From NCBI GenBank assembly GCA_014804355.1, contig JAAUZY010000006.1, forward strand, positions 25,267-89,266: a stretch of 64,000 nucleotides of DNA, read 5' to 3'. A model generated the notes under the pieces. That model was not told where the DNA came from, did not search any database, and worked only from the letters and a program-made list of their open reading frames with translations. Numbering within the stretch: the stretch's first letter is position 1; the number at the start of each line of letters is the position of its first letter. Origin of the DNA: Lachnospiraceae bacterium. GTDB taxonomy: Bacteria; Bacillota; Clostridia; Lachnospirales; Lachnospiraceae. Position numbers and translations under genes: made by a program. This document shows, piece by piece, positions 39,303 to 50,400 of this stretch.

Positions 39303-39504
39303 AACAATTTTCATATATACCTGCAAATATTTTTTAAAAAAATTTTAATTTCCACTTCCAGATCATACGGTAGAGTTTATTCCAGCAAATAATTTAAAAA
39401 GGAACGCCCAAATACCATGCGTCCCTCAATCTTCTTTGCACTATATTTACTTCTCTTATCTTCTCAATTCCACGACAGCCCTAATATTCTACTCTGCACA
39501 ATCA

Positions 39505-41880
39505 TCAATCCTTAAATTCAGCAATTGTGACACCTGCGTCACCTTCGCCGAACTCTCCCAGACGGTAACTTTTTACTACCTTATTTTTGCGCAAATAATT
39601 GTGTACCGCATTTCGCAGCGCTCCGGTGCCTTTGCCGTGAACGATGCGGACGCTGGGCAGATGTGCCAGATAGGCATCATCTAAATATTTGTCCAGTTCC
39701 GATAAAGCCTCGTCTACCGTTTTGCCCAGCAGATTGATCTCGGTGGAGACGGAGTAGGACTTGGACATCTTAAGTTTGCCGGAGGAGCTGCGCTGCATCC
39801 GGCCGGTGCTGATCGTTTCTTCCTCCGCGAGAACAAGATCGTCTAAGGATACTTGTGAGCGGATGATACCGCACTGGACAAAGAGCTTACCGTTTTTGTC
39901 CGGAAGAGAGCTGACGGTACCCTTTAATCCCATGGAAATGATCTTCACACTTTCCCCCAGTTTGATCTGGCTCGGCTTTAGGAGCTTGTGGGTAGGTTTG
40001 TCATTTTTCAGTGACAGTTTATCATTTTTCTCGGAAATCTTGTCCCGCACCTTCTGGCGGGATTTCTCCAACTCTTTGATGGAAGACCCGGTGCCTGCCT
40101 TCTGAAAAGTGCGGATCGTCTCGTCAGCGAGCTCCTTGGCGTTTTGCAGGATCTCACGAGCTTCTTCATTTGCCTCGCGCAGAATACGCGCTTTCGCTTG
40201 ATCGATTTTCTCCTGTTTGGCTTCCAACTGCTTCTTTAATGTCTGCACCTCTTCCTTGTAGGACGCTACTTCCGCCCGTTCTTTTTCAATGGTCAGCCTG
40301 CTGTTCTCCAAGTCTGCCAGAAGATCTTCGAAACTTTCCTTATCCTCCGTGATATGCCGCTTGGCTTCCTCGATGATGTGATCAGGAAGTCCCAGTTTGG
40401 ATGAGATGGCGAATGCGTTACTCTTACCGGGAATACCGATCAACAGGCGGTAGGTGGGCCGCAGCGTCTCCACGCTGAATTCGCAGCTTGCATTTTCCAC
40501 GAAACTAGTAGACAGCGCGTAGACCTTCAATTCACTGTAATGTGTTGTGGCCATCGTCCGTATTCCACGGTTGTGCAGATAGTCAAGCACCGCGATAGCG
40601 AGGGCGGCACCCTCCGTAGGATCGGTGCCGGCACCCAGTTCGTCAAACAGACAAAGCGAATCGGCATCTGCCGTCTGCAGAATGGACACGATATTTGTCA
40701 TATGGGAAGAAAAGGTGCTGAGACTCTGTTCAATGCTCTGCTCGTCTCCGATGTCAGCATAGACCTCTTCAAAAACGGACAGCTCAGAGCAGTCTAATGC
40801 CGGAATGTGCAGTCCCGCCTGTCCCATTAAGGTAAGCAGTCCCACTGTTTTTAAGGAAACGGTCTTACCGCCGGTATTGGGTCCTGTAATGACCAGAAGG
40901 TCAAAGTCCGTACCCAGCGAAATGTCAATGGGTACAACTTTCTTTTTATCCAGAAGAGGATGGCGTCCCTGTCGGATACGGATCCGATGTTCCGTGTTAA
41001 AAATCGGCATGGTGGCATTCTGCTCCATGGCGAGAGAAGCTTTGGCAAATATAAAGTCGAGAGCGGTCATGGCTTTCTGGTTACCTGCCAGTGTATCTGT
41101 ATGTGTACCCGTCTGTGCGCTTAAGTCCGCAAGAATGACTGCGATTTCTTCCTGTTCCTTGATTTCCAGTTCCCGCAGTTCGTTGTTCAGACTGACAACA
41201 GCCGCCGGTTCTATGAAGAAGGTGGAACCGGTGGAAGACTGGTCGTGTACCATGCCGGGCACCTGCCCTTTGTATTCGGATTTCACCGGAATGCAGTAAC
41301 GGTTATTGCGCATAGTCACGACGGCATCCTGCAGATAGGTGCGGCAGGAACCGTTGATCATGGAGCTGAGCTGGGAGTGAATCCGGTCATTGGTGATAGA
41401 CATGCTGCGCCGGATGTGTTTTAATGTTGGGCTGGCATCGTCTGCGATCTCTTCTTCCGACAGGATACACCTGCGGATTTCATTTACCAGCGGTGTGAGC
41501 GGCTCCAGTATGTCGAAATATTCATCCAGCGAGTCGGCGGGTGTATCTTCCCGATCCTTCCGGCCGTAAGTCTTGATGCGGTTCACATTTTCCAGAAAGG
41601 ACGCTATGCGCAGAAGTTCTGCAATGGAGAGGACACTGCCGATCTCCAGAGACTTGATGCACATGCCTAAGTCCTTGTTGCCGCCAAAAGAGGTTGAGCC
41701 TTTGCGGAACAGACGCCCCAGCGCATCTGCAGTCTCCGTCTGTGCTGCGGCGATTTTTGCCTGATCCGTCATGGGAACAAGCGCGCGGGTCAGCTTTTTG
41801 CCCTGCTCCGAGGTGGCTTTGTCTGTTAATTGGTCGATGATTTTATTGTATTCTAAAACTCGTAAAACTTTGTTGTTCAT
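39505..41880 (-). CDS. mutS2: Endonuclease MutS2
   Basis: ITGPNTGGKT, DIGDEQSIEQSLSTFSSH, DELGAGTDP, C-terminal Smr domain VHGKGTGALR. Confidence 0.96.
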   Translation of the reverse strand: MNNKVLRVLEYNKIIDQLTDKATSEQGKKLTRALVPMTDQAKIAAAQTETADALGRLFRKGSTSFGGNKDLGMCIKSLEIGSVLSIAELLRIASFLENVNRIKTYGRKDREDTPADSLDEYFDILEPLTPLVNEIRRCILSEEEIADDASPTLKHIRRSMSITNDRIHSQLSSMINGSCRTYLQDAVVTMRNNRYCIPVKSEYKGQVPGMVHDQSSTGSTFFIEPAAVVSLNNELRELEIKEQEEIAVILADLSAQTGTHTDTLAGNQKAMTALDFIFAKASLAMEQNATMPIFNTEHRIRIRQGRHPLLDKKKVVPIDISLGTDFDLLVITGPNTGGKTVSLKTVGLLTLMGQAGLHIPALDCSELSVFEEVYADIGDEQSIEQSLSTFSSHMTNIVSILQTADADSLCLFDELGAGTDPTEGAALAIAVLDYLHNRGIRTMATTHYSELKVYALSTSFVENASCEFSVETLRPTYRLLIGIPGKSNAFAISSKLGLPDHIIEEAKRHITEDKESFEDLLADLENSRLTIEKERAEVASYKEEVQTLKKQLEAKQEKIDQAKARILREANEEAREILQNAKELADETIRTFQKAGTGSSIKELEKSRQKVRDKISEKNDKLSLKNDKPTHKLLKPSQIKLGESVKIISMGLKGTVSSLPDKNGKLFVQCGIIRSQVSLDDLVLAEEETISTGRMQRSSSGKLKMSKSYSVSTEINLLGKTVDEALSELDKYLDDAYLAHLPSVRIVHGKGTGALRNAVHNYLRKNKVVKSYRLGEFGEGDAGVTIAEFKD

Positions 41881-42130
41881 AGTCTGTATACTTCCTTATG
41901 CAGTCGGTCTTGCTGCCGTGATCTGTTAAAAAGAGTTGATGTTGCGGTGCCGGTATTGTATGTGTGGATATTCTTACGAATATTCCTGTGACGGAACATA
42001 ACCATCTTATCATAAAGCTGGGTGAATTACTATGAAATTATTATTTCTGTGGGCTGATCTGTGTACTTATAAAATGTTAAATTATTATGATTAATACAAC
42101 AAAATATTTTACGATATGGAGGAAACGCAA

Positions 42131-42361
42131 ATGAAAGAACTGTATTCGATCATGAGAGAACTGCTGGAAGTGGAGTATAACCAGAAATCCCTGCTGTACA
42201 TCATGGAGATGCTGGAGCGGGGGTATAACGGAGAAGGGCAGGAATGCACGAGTCTGGCGGTCAACGGCGCCCGATACTATCTTGCAGTCTTGCATAAGGA
42301 TCTGGGAACTGCAATCAACAAGCTGGATATCTATATGGCGCAGGGAGCAAAGAAACAATAG
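42131..42361 (+). CDS. Small hypothetical protein
   Basis: SD GGAGG before ATG 42131; converges on the XRE gene with a shared hairpin. Confidence 0.6.
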   Translation: MKELYSIMRELLEVEYNQKSLLYIMEMLERGYNGEGQECTSLAVNGARYYLAVLHKDLGTAINKLDIYMAQGAKKQ

Positions 42362-42387
42362 TGTTTTATTACTTTTCTTGAATAAAA

Positions 42388-42429
42388 AGGCAACGGCTTT
42401 ATCTAATCAAATGAAAAATGCCGTTGCCT
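42388..42429. terminator. Bidirectional terminator-like hairpin
   Basis: AGGCAACGGC / GCCGTTGCCT inverted repeat flanked by A- and T-runs between convergent genes. Confidence 0.65.
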
Positions 42430-42652
42430 ATTTTAGAGGATATTCTGTTTGAATGTCGCTTGCGCCTGTAATGTAATCCATCGATACATCATAGAACCTG
42501 GCAAGAATCAAAAGGCTGTCAACAGGGATTCTCGTCTTGCCGCTCTCGTAATCTGCATAGGTTCGTTGACCTATGTGAAGCAGATCTGCAATTCTCTGCT
42601 GCGTCATGGAATTGTCTTCTCGGATTTCCCTTATCCGCTCATTATATCTCAT
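42428..42652 (-). CDS. XRE family helix-turn-helix regulator
   Basis: RIREIREDNSMTQQRIADLLHIGQRTYADYESG, FYDVSMDYI; GGAG upstream of ATG 42652. Confidence 0.85.
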   Translation of the reverse strand: MRYNERIREIREDNSMTQQRIADLLHIGQRTYADYESGKTRIPVDSLLILARFYDVSMDYITGASDIQTEYPLK

Positions 42653-42749
42653 CGCCGTGATCTCCGGATCCATATTCGGAAAAAGCATCCGGCTTATTGC
42701 CGAATCCTCTGATTCCGTGAGTTTAGTATACGTGAATAAAAGAAAAGTA

Positions 42750-42809
42750 TTGACAAATAGAGTTATAAACTCTAAACTAAGCATGGAACACGTAGAGTTA
42801 TATACTCTA
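42750..42809 (+). promoter_or_regulatory. Sigma-A promoter with two 17-bp palindromic operators
   Basis: TTGACA (42750-42755)-17-TAAACT; TAGAGTTATAAACTCTA (42758-42774) and TAGAGTTATATACTCTA (42793-42809). Confidence 0.75.
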
Positions 42810-42970
42810 AAGAAATAGTATATATAAGGGTCTTATTTCATATGGAAGTATTCTCTTATGGTAACTGTTCAGAAGGTGCTTCGTAACTGTGAAGAACAGG
42901 GTTCTGAACAGTTAACTCTTATGAAATACAAAGGATGTGCAGATAAGAGAAAGGTATGGATGATTGAATC

Positions 42971-44203
42971 GTGCAGACAGGCGGCAAAAAGAAAATGTTA
43001 TACATCATAGGGATCGACTGGAACTGGATCTATCAAAGACCCCAGATCATAGCAGAATGCCTAAGCAGAGATTATGACGTAACTGTCGTATATCCGGTGA
43101 AAGTATGGGAAAGACTCAGCGGTTGCAAAGAGAAAAAGGAAAAGACGGACATACATTATCTGAGAATATGGACGCTGCCTTTTCAGAGAAAGATCAAAAT
43201 AATCGGATGGGCGGCCGACCGATATGGCAGCCTGCTTCTGAGAGTCTGCCGTCAATATGATTACGTATACATAGATTACCCCACCTATATTAAATACATT
43301 CCGGAGGACTATCGGGGATGCCTGATTTATGACTGCATAGACGACCATGCACAGATGTGCACAAAAGAAGCCATACGGAAGGAAGTCGAAAAGACGGAGC
43401 GTGAGGTGATTTTAAGGAGCAGTCTTCTCATGGCCTCCTCCATGAGCCTGTTACGGAAAATAGAACAACAGGCAGATGGTAAAAAGGCGGCTCTGATCCG
43501 GAATGGAACGGATTTTATAAAAGTGTGCGATGTAAAGGAAGGTCGTATCAAAGAGCAGTATACCATAGGCTATATCGGAACCATCGCAGAATGGTTTGAT
43601 GAAAGACTGCTTGAAAAGAGCGCGGCGGGGCATCCGGAATTGTCCTATCACTTGATTGGTCCATGTATGGGAAGGGATTGGACGTTATATCGGGGCATTT
43701 CTTATGATGGAGTTGTGGAACATGCTGCGTTGCAGTCATATATCAAAGAATATGATTGCCTGATTATGCCATTTGTTGTGAATGAGATCGTGAAGTCGGT
43801 GGATCCTGTCAAACTGTATGACTATATTGCCTTTGGCAAATGTATTATCAGTGTCTGGTACGAGGAGCTGGAGCACTTTAAAGATTATGTTTATTTCTAC
43901 ACCACGTACGAGGAATACGATCAGTTGATCGGAGAGTTGGTTCGCAGCGGTTTTCCACCCAAATATAATGCGCGGCAGCAGGAGGATTTTCTTCGTGAAA
44001 ACAGCTGGCAGGAAAGATATAAGCTGATTACAGAAGCAATCCGGCACATGGATAGAGAAAGGCAGTTTGTAAATGAAAGTAATGAGTGTATTCGGAACAA
44101 GGCCGGAAGCGATCAAAATGTGTCCGCTGGTGAAAGAATTGGAAGAAAATCCGGAGATAGAAAGCGCCGTATGCCTGACGGGGCAGCATCGGGAAATGCT
44201 TAA
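42971..44203 (+). CDS. GT-B fold glycosyltransferase (TuaH-like)
   Basis: WNWIYQRPQ, IYDCIDD, IGYIGTIAEWFD, PVKLYDYIAFGK; reads 131 nt into wecB. Confidence 0.8.
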   Translation: MQTGGKKKMLYIIGIDWNWIYQRPQIIAECLSRDYDVTVVYPVKVWERLSGCKEKKEKTDIHYLRIWTLPFQRKIKIIGWAADRYGSLLLRVCRQYDYVYIDYPTYIKYIPEDYRGCLIYDCIDDHAQMCTKEAIRKEVEKTEREVILRSSLLMASSMSLLRKIEQQADGKKAALIRNGTDFIKVCDVKEGRIKEQYTIGYIGTIAEWFDERLLEKSAAGHPELSYHLIGPCMGRDWTLYRGISYDGVVEHAALQSYIKEYDCLIMPFVVNEIVKSVDPVKLYDYIAFGKCIISVWYEELEHFKDYVYFYTTYEEYDQLIGELVRSGFPPKYNARQQEDFLRENSWQERYKLITEAIRHMDRERQFVNESNECIRNKAGSDQNVSAGERIGRKSGDRKRRMPDGAASGNA

Positions 44204-45182
44204 GCAGGTCATAGATATTTTTGGAATCAATGTCAAGTACAATCTGGATATCATGCAGACTAAGCAGACATTGACTACGATCACCACCTCCATATTGGAG
44301 AGGATGGAGACAGTGTTGCAAAGTGAGAAGCCGGATCTTGTTTTGGTACACGGTGATACAACTACGTCTTTTGCGGCGGCGCTGGCAGCATTTTATCAAC
44401 AGATTCCTGTAGGACATGTGGAAGCCGGACTTCGCACCTATGATAAATATTCTCCTTTTCCGGAGGAAATGAACAGAAATCTGACGGGAAGGATCGCAAC
44501 ACTGCATTTTGCACCGACAGAAAATAACTGTAGAAATCTGGCGCAGGAGAACGTTACAAAGAATGTTTTCAAGACAGGCAATACAGTGATTGATGCGTTT
44601 CGTACAACAGTGAGAGAAGGATATCAATATAAAGACAATGACTTGCAGAAGATAGATCTGGGAGGTAAAAGGTGCATCCTTATGACTGCCCACAGAAGGG
44701 AGAATCTTGGTCAGCCGCTTGCTGATATATGCAGGGCGGTAAAGAAGATCGTTGAGGAATACTCGGATGTAGAGGTGATCTATCCGGTACATATGAATCC
44801 GGCAGTACGTGATACCGTGGAAGAAATACTTGGGAACACGGAAAGAGTGCATCTGATTCAACCTTTAGATGTGGAAGATATGCACAATCTTATGTCTGGG
44901 AGTTATCTGGTCATGACAGATTCCGGAGGACTGCAGGAGGAGGCGCCCGCGTGCGGAGTACCGGTATTGGTGCTGAGAACGGAAACAGAGAGACCGGAGG
45001 CGGTGGAAGCCGGGACAGTCAGGGTCGTAGGGGTAAATACAATGGATATTTATCGCAGCGCCTCCATGCTTCTGACGGATCGGGCGGAGTACGAGAAGAT
45101 GGCAAAGGCTGTCAATCCGTACGGTGATGGACATGCCGGAGAAAGGATTGTAAGGGCTATACTGCAATGGTTTCATGGCTGA
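44073..45182 (+). CDS. wecB: UDP-N-acetylglucosamine 2-epimerase (non-hydrolysing)
   Basis: FGTRPEAIK, TGQH, VHGDTTT, HVEAGLR, HRREN, TDSGGLQEEA, NPYGDG. Confidence 0.95.
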   Translation: MKVMSVFGTRPEAIKMCPLVKELEENPEIESAVCLTGQHREMLKQVIDIFGINVKYNLDIMQTKQTLTTITTSILERMETVLQSEKPDLVLVHGDTTTSFAAALAAFYQQIPVGHVEAGLRTYDKYSPFPEEMNRNLTGRIATLHFAPTENNCRNLAQENVTKNVFKTGNTVIDAFRTTVREGYQYKDNDLQKIDLGGKRCILMTAHRRENLGQPLADICRAVKKIVEEYSDVEVIYPVHMNPAVRDTVEEILGNTERVHLIQPLDVEDMHNLMSGSYLVMTDSGGLQEEAPACGVPVLVLRTETERPEAVEAGTVRVVGVNTMDIYRSASMLLTDRAEYEKMAKAVNPYGDGHAGERIVRAILQWFHG

Positions 45183-45218
45183 CAAGGAGAAAGCAGCAAC
45201 AATAGACGGAGTTATGCA

Positions 45219-46028
45219 ATGGCGGTTTTGAGAAAAGTAACAGAGCTTGCAGCAGATATATATGAAGACAGGCAACTGCTTAAAGATCTTTCCATGAAAG
45301 ATGTGAAGAGAAGATTTTCGGGAACTTATTTCGGAATGGTATGGGGCGTGCTGCAGCCGCTTCTGACGATCATCGTATATTGGGCGGTGTTTCAGTTCGG
45401 GTTCAGAAGCGGAGATGTGGAAGAGGCGCCTTTTGTGCTGTGGTTTATTACCGGTATGATCAGCTGGCTTTTTATTTCGGAGGCCTTTTCCACAGCAAGT
45501 AACAGTTTCGTAGAATACAATTACCTGATACAAAAAGTAAAATTTAACATTAATATTCTTCCGCTTATGAAAATTCTTTCGAGTTTTTATATTCATCTCT
45601 TCTTTTTGCTGATTGCTTTGGTTATCTGCGCATTATTCGGCTTTTATCCACAGCTCATGCTGTTGCAGATCATTTATTACATGTTTGCGGAAATCATGTT
45701 CCTGTTTGCTTTTTCCCTGATTACTTCTTCTGTGTTGGTTTTCTTCAGAGACTTAAATCAGATCATCAGCATTTTTCTTCTTATGGGAATGTGGGGAACA
45801 CCGATCGCGTGGAATATTACCAATTTTCCGGAGGAGGCACAGAGGATATTAATGGTAAATCCTTTCTATTATCTTGTGGAAGGGTATCGGGATGCCATCT
45901 TGGGCAGACAGTGGTTCTGGGAGAAGACGGTGCTGGGTATACGTTTTTGGGCAATCACGCTTGTACTGTTGGTGGTGGGCACGAGTGTTTATACGCGGTT
46001 AAAACCGTATTTCGCGGATACGGTGTAG
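45219..46028 (+). CDS. Polysaccharide ABC transporter permease (Wzm/TagG-like)
   Basis: RFSGTYFGMVW, six hydrophobic segments, VNPFYYLVEGYR, FADTV. Confidence 0.9.
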   Translation: MAVLRKVTELAADIYEDRQLLKDLSMKDVKRRFSGTYFGMVWGVLQPLLTIIVYWAVFQFGFRSGDVEEAPFVLWFITGMISWLFISEAFSTASNSFVEYNYLIQKVKFNINILPLMKILSSFYIHLFFLLIALVICALFGFYPQLMLLQIIYYMFAEIMFLFAFSLITSSVLVFFRDLNQIISIFLLMGMWGTPIAWNITNFPEEAQRILMVNPFYYLVEGYRDAILGRQWFWEKTVLGIRFWAITLVLLVVGTSVYTRLKPYFADTV

Positions 46029-46110
46029 CGGTTTGAAAGACCATGGTAAATGGCAAGGATATTTCCTCTGTATTATAAAAGGCTGCATACATCCGCGTTG
46101 AAAAGGGAGC

Positions 46111-47478
46111 ATGTTTGTTGAAATGATAAATTCGGATTATAAGATTCAGGTGGATCACGTCTCGAAGTGTTTTAAGATGTACAACACGCCAATAGATAAG
46201 ATGAAAGAGGCATTCAGCCTGACTGGGAAATCCAGACATACGGATTTTTATGCAATAACGGATCTGAGTTTTTCTGTGAAAAAAGGTGAAATTCTGGGCA
46301 TTATGGGCAGGAATGGTTCCGGCAAATCCACATTGCTGAAACTGATCACGGGAATTTATGAGCCGAGTGGCGGAGAAATTGTCGTAAGCGGAAAGATTTC
46401 TTCCTTATTGGAGCTGGGCATCGGTTTCAACATGGAATATACCGGAATTGATAATATTTATTTCTATGGGACGCTCATGGGTTTTTCTAAAAAACAGATG
46501 GATGAGAAGATACAGGACATTATTGATTTTGCTGAAATAGGGGATTACATATACCAGTCAGTAAAGACGTATTCCAGCGGAATGTTTGCCCGGTTGGCAT
46601 TTTCGTGTGCCGTTAATGTGGAGCCGGATATTCTGATTGTAGACGAAATCCTCAGTGTAGGAGATATGAGGTTTCAGGCAAAGTGCTTCAATAAATTTAA
46701 AGAATTTAAGGAAAAAGGGGTCACGATTCTTTATGTAGGACATGATGTCGGCATAATGAGAACCTTCTGTGATGCTGCTATGTGGATGGATAAGGGAAGA
46801 ATGGTTGATATCGGTGATCCCACATTTATCAGTGCAAAGTATACGGAGTTTATGTATTTAGATGATATATCGGATTTTTCAGACTATAAGAAGCTGGAAA
46901 AAAAGAGTGACGATTTTTCAATGGGCAGCAAATCTGTTGAAGAAATTCCTGAAAGTAAGAAAGAGCATTCTGACCTTAGTCTGAGTTTGGAAAAGTATAA
47001 GTGTGAGCATTCGATTTTTGATGACTGTATTGCACATTGGGGAACGGAAGTAGGATTGGTGGAAGAAGTAAAACTATTAAATACGGCAGGCGAATGTGTC
47101 AATCATTTTGAAACAGATGAGAGCATGGTAATAGAAGTTAAATTCAGAATGCCGCCCTCAATCAATCCGGATTTTTTTTCGGTGGCTATATCTATTAAGA
47201 ATGTGGAAGGGACGGATTTAATCGTAAAGACAACATATGATGAAGGCATACATTTTCAAAAAGATATCACCTCTATAAAAGTAAAATTCAAATTATCCGC
47301 CATGTTGGCAAAAGGTGAATATTATTTGGTAACAGCTTTGGAAAACAGAGAAAATCAGGCAACTATGTATTATGAATATATTGAAGGAGTGAAATATTTC
47401 AAGGTATTCACAAATAAGAGAATTTTTGGACTGTTTGATCCTCCGGCACAAATTACGATTGAAGGAGATTGGCAATGA
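46111..47478 (+). CDS. Polysaccharide ABC transporter ATPase (Wzt/TagH-like) with C-terminal carbohydrate-binding domain
   Basis: GRNGSGKST, YSSGMFARLAF, ILIVDE, plus a ~150-aa C-terminal extension. Confidence 0.9.
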   Translation: MFVEMINSDYKIQVDHVSKCFKMYNTPIDKMKEAFSLTGKSRHTDFYAITDLSFSVKKGEILGIMGRNGSGKSTLLKLITGIYEPSGGEIVVSGKISSLLELGIGFNMEYTGIDNIYFYGTLMGFSKKQMDEKIQDIIDFAEIGDYIYQSVKTYSSGMFARLAFSCAVNVEPDILIVDEILSVGDMRFQAKCFNKFKEFKEKGVTILYVGHDVGIMRTFCDAAMWMDKGRMVDIGDPTFISAKYTEFMYLDDISDFSDYKKLEKKSDDFSMGSKSVEEIPESKKEHSDLSLSLEKYKCEHSIFDDCIAHWGTEVGLVEEVKLLNTAGECVNHFETDESMVIEVKFRMPPSINPDFFSVAISIKNVEGTDLIVKTTYDEGIHFQKDITSIKVKFKLSAMLAKGEYYLVTALENRENQATMYYEYIEGVKYFKVFTNKRIFGLFDPPAQITIEGDWQ

Positions 47479-50400
47479 AAAAATATGCAGTTAATAGTCT
47501 GGAATATTGGAATTCACGATTTGAAACAAGTGACTGGGAAGATTCAAGCGGGAGGGAACAGTCAGAATACTTTGCAAAGACAGCCATGGGAATGATCCCT
47601 GAGTGGCTTATCAGAGATGCGGCAAAATATGAGTACAGCTTGTGTGATCTTGGATGTGCGGAAGGTGATGCGATTCCTTTTTTAAAAGAGTGTTTTCCGG
47701 CTTCAGAAATAGTTGGTGCGGATTTTGCCGAAAAAGCGATTGAAAAGGCGCGCAATAAATATGAATTTGCCGAATTTATGACAGTAGATATATTTCAAAA
47801 TGAAAACGACATCGCATATGATATTATTTTCTGTTCAAATGTGATAGAGCATTTTCCGGTTTTTAGAGAAACGCTAAAAAGAGTATGCAGTTTTTCCAAG
47901 TTGTATACAATAATTATGTGTCCGCTTAGGGAAAGCTTTGAGGTGCCTGAACATGAAGTCATTATCAATACAGATATGATTCCGTGTATTATTGAAAATA
48001 ATTATCTGATTTATGCTCATTCTGTCAAAGGGGATATAAATTATTATGGTGGTGAGCAGCTTCTGCTGATTTATTCGAAAAAACCGGAAGATCAGAAGAT
48101 TGTTAATTTATCAAATCTGGCTGATCAGATGCGATCCGTGGCACTTAATGATACGGAAAAGTCATGGAAAATAATGAATGACGAGCTGTATCTGGAAAGA
48201 GAAAATACAAAGGTTTTATCCAAGAAATTAATTGATTCCGGCGAACAGCTCCATAGATTGGAATGCGAGTTGAATCATAAAGAAAATGCTTTACAGATCG
48301 AAATCGAAAGAAGAAGTGCGATTGAGAGTAATTTATTGGTTGAGAAAGACAGACAGAATATTCAACAGGAAATGTTAGATATTGTAAGAGAAATCGAAAA
48401 TAAAATCTATGAGTGCAAAGACGATGCGGACAAGTATAGGTGGAATGAAGAACTCGAACAACTAGAGCAGAGGAAACAAAAATTAGAGCAGGATATATGT
48501 AGATTAGATAAAAGCTATTTGTTGGATCAGACGCATACGATTACAGAACGACTAATGGATACAAAGGCATATTTGATTGCATTGGGTTTACGGCGTTTTG
48601 ATAATCAAATGGTAAAAGGCACTTTTGCAGAGAAAAAAGATTTTATGAAGTATGTGATGAATAAAATATTTCATACTCATTTCAGCTGTAAAGGCATAAG
48701 GGATTATGATCCGCTATTGCTTGCTGACCGGTATATACAAGAACTGCAGGCTTTAAAGAAAACCGTAACATCAGAAGAAAGTACCGTGAATGCGGGAGTG
48801 TCGCCCTGTGTGAAAGATACTTGTCAAATATTTATATTTGCCGGAGTTCCGTTCTATGATGTCGGTGGAGGTCAGAGATGTTCCCAGCTTGCGAAAACAT
48901 TTGATAAGATGGGGTATGAAGTACATTATATCTATGCATATGAATCCAGTGAGAGCAAGAAATATAATCTGTTTAATCCGGCGGTTACACATTTATATCT
49001 TCATAGTATAAGTGAAGAGTGGCTAATGAAGAAATTAGGCGGGAATGTTCTTTTTATTTTTGAAGTTCCGTATAAGGGCTTTGTTCCCTATTTGAAACTT
49101 GGAAAAAGGTGTGGGATAACAACTGTCTACGAACATATTGATAACTGGGAAACAAGCATTGGCAGCCTTTTATACGACAAAGACTCATTTCAAACATTTA
49201 TCGGGGAAAGCGACTGTCTGATTGCTACAAGTATAGAATTAGTAAAACAGCTGCGTCAGTATACGGACAAAGAGGTGGAATATCTGCCTAATGCCGTAGA
49301 CATAACAGTATTTGAACCCGCGTATGTAACAGAAAAGCCGGAGGATTTAGTAAAAGGAAAAGATAAAACGCTACTTTATTTCGGTTCTCTCTGGGGTGAG
49401 TGGTTTGATTGGAATTTATTGGTAAAAGTTGCGGAGGGGTGTGCGGATTGCTCATTTAATATCATAGGTGATTTTACGACGATTGCAGAACGGATGAATC
49501 AGTTTCCGGACAATATGCATTTTCTGGGATTAAAAAAGCAGGTGGAATTGCCGGCATATTTGAAAGAGGCAGACTTGGCAATTCTGCCGTTTAAGAACTG
49601 TGAGATCGGTAAATATGTGTCGCCGCTAAAAATTTTTGAGTATATTGCCATGGGGAAATATGTGTTATCTGAGCCATTGCCTGATGTTATAGGATATCCC
49701 AACACATTTTGTTCGGATAGGGCAGATGAATGGATCAGAGTGATTCATGGTGAAGTGAAGATTGAAAACTATTCTGAATTTATTTCCATGAATCACTGGT
49801 ATGAAAGATGCAACAGAATTTTATATTTAACTGATAAGTACTATTTAGACTCTGATAAGTACATAGGCAGAATATCGGTGATCGTGCTGAATCATAACAA
49901 TGATCGGGTCATTCACAAATGCGTTAATTCATTGCTGTTACATAATACCAGATACCAATATGAGGTTATTGTTGTAGATAATAACAGTGAAGACAATTCT
50001 GTAGAGAAGCTTAGATGTAATTTTAGTAATAAGATAAAAATAATACAAAACAGTAAAAACGGATGCTCATCGGGAAGAAATCTGGGCGTTGAAAATGCGC
50101 TTGGGGATATTATAGTTTTTTTGGACAGTGACCAGTGGGTCATTTCTGATACATGGCTGGATGCGGGTCTGTACATTTTAGAACACAGGGGAAGTGTAGG
50201 CGCAGTATCATGGGGAGCGGGATGGTTTGTCAACAGCGACTGTACGGGCCCGATCGTTGATTATTTTGAAAACAGAGCGATCACACCTGAGAAATTATAT
50301 AGGGATGATTTGTCGTATTTAGCAACAAGTGGATTCATAATCTCCAAACAATTATTTAACCAGATAGGGGGATTCGATGAAGCATATGATCCAACATGCT

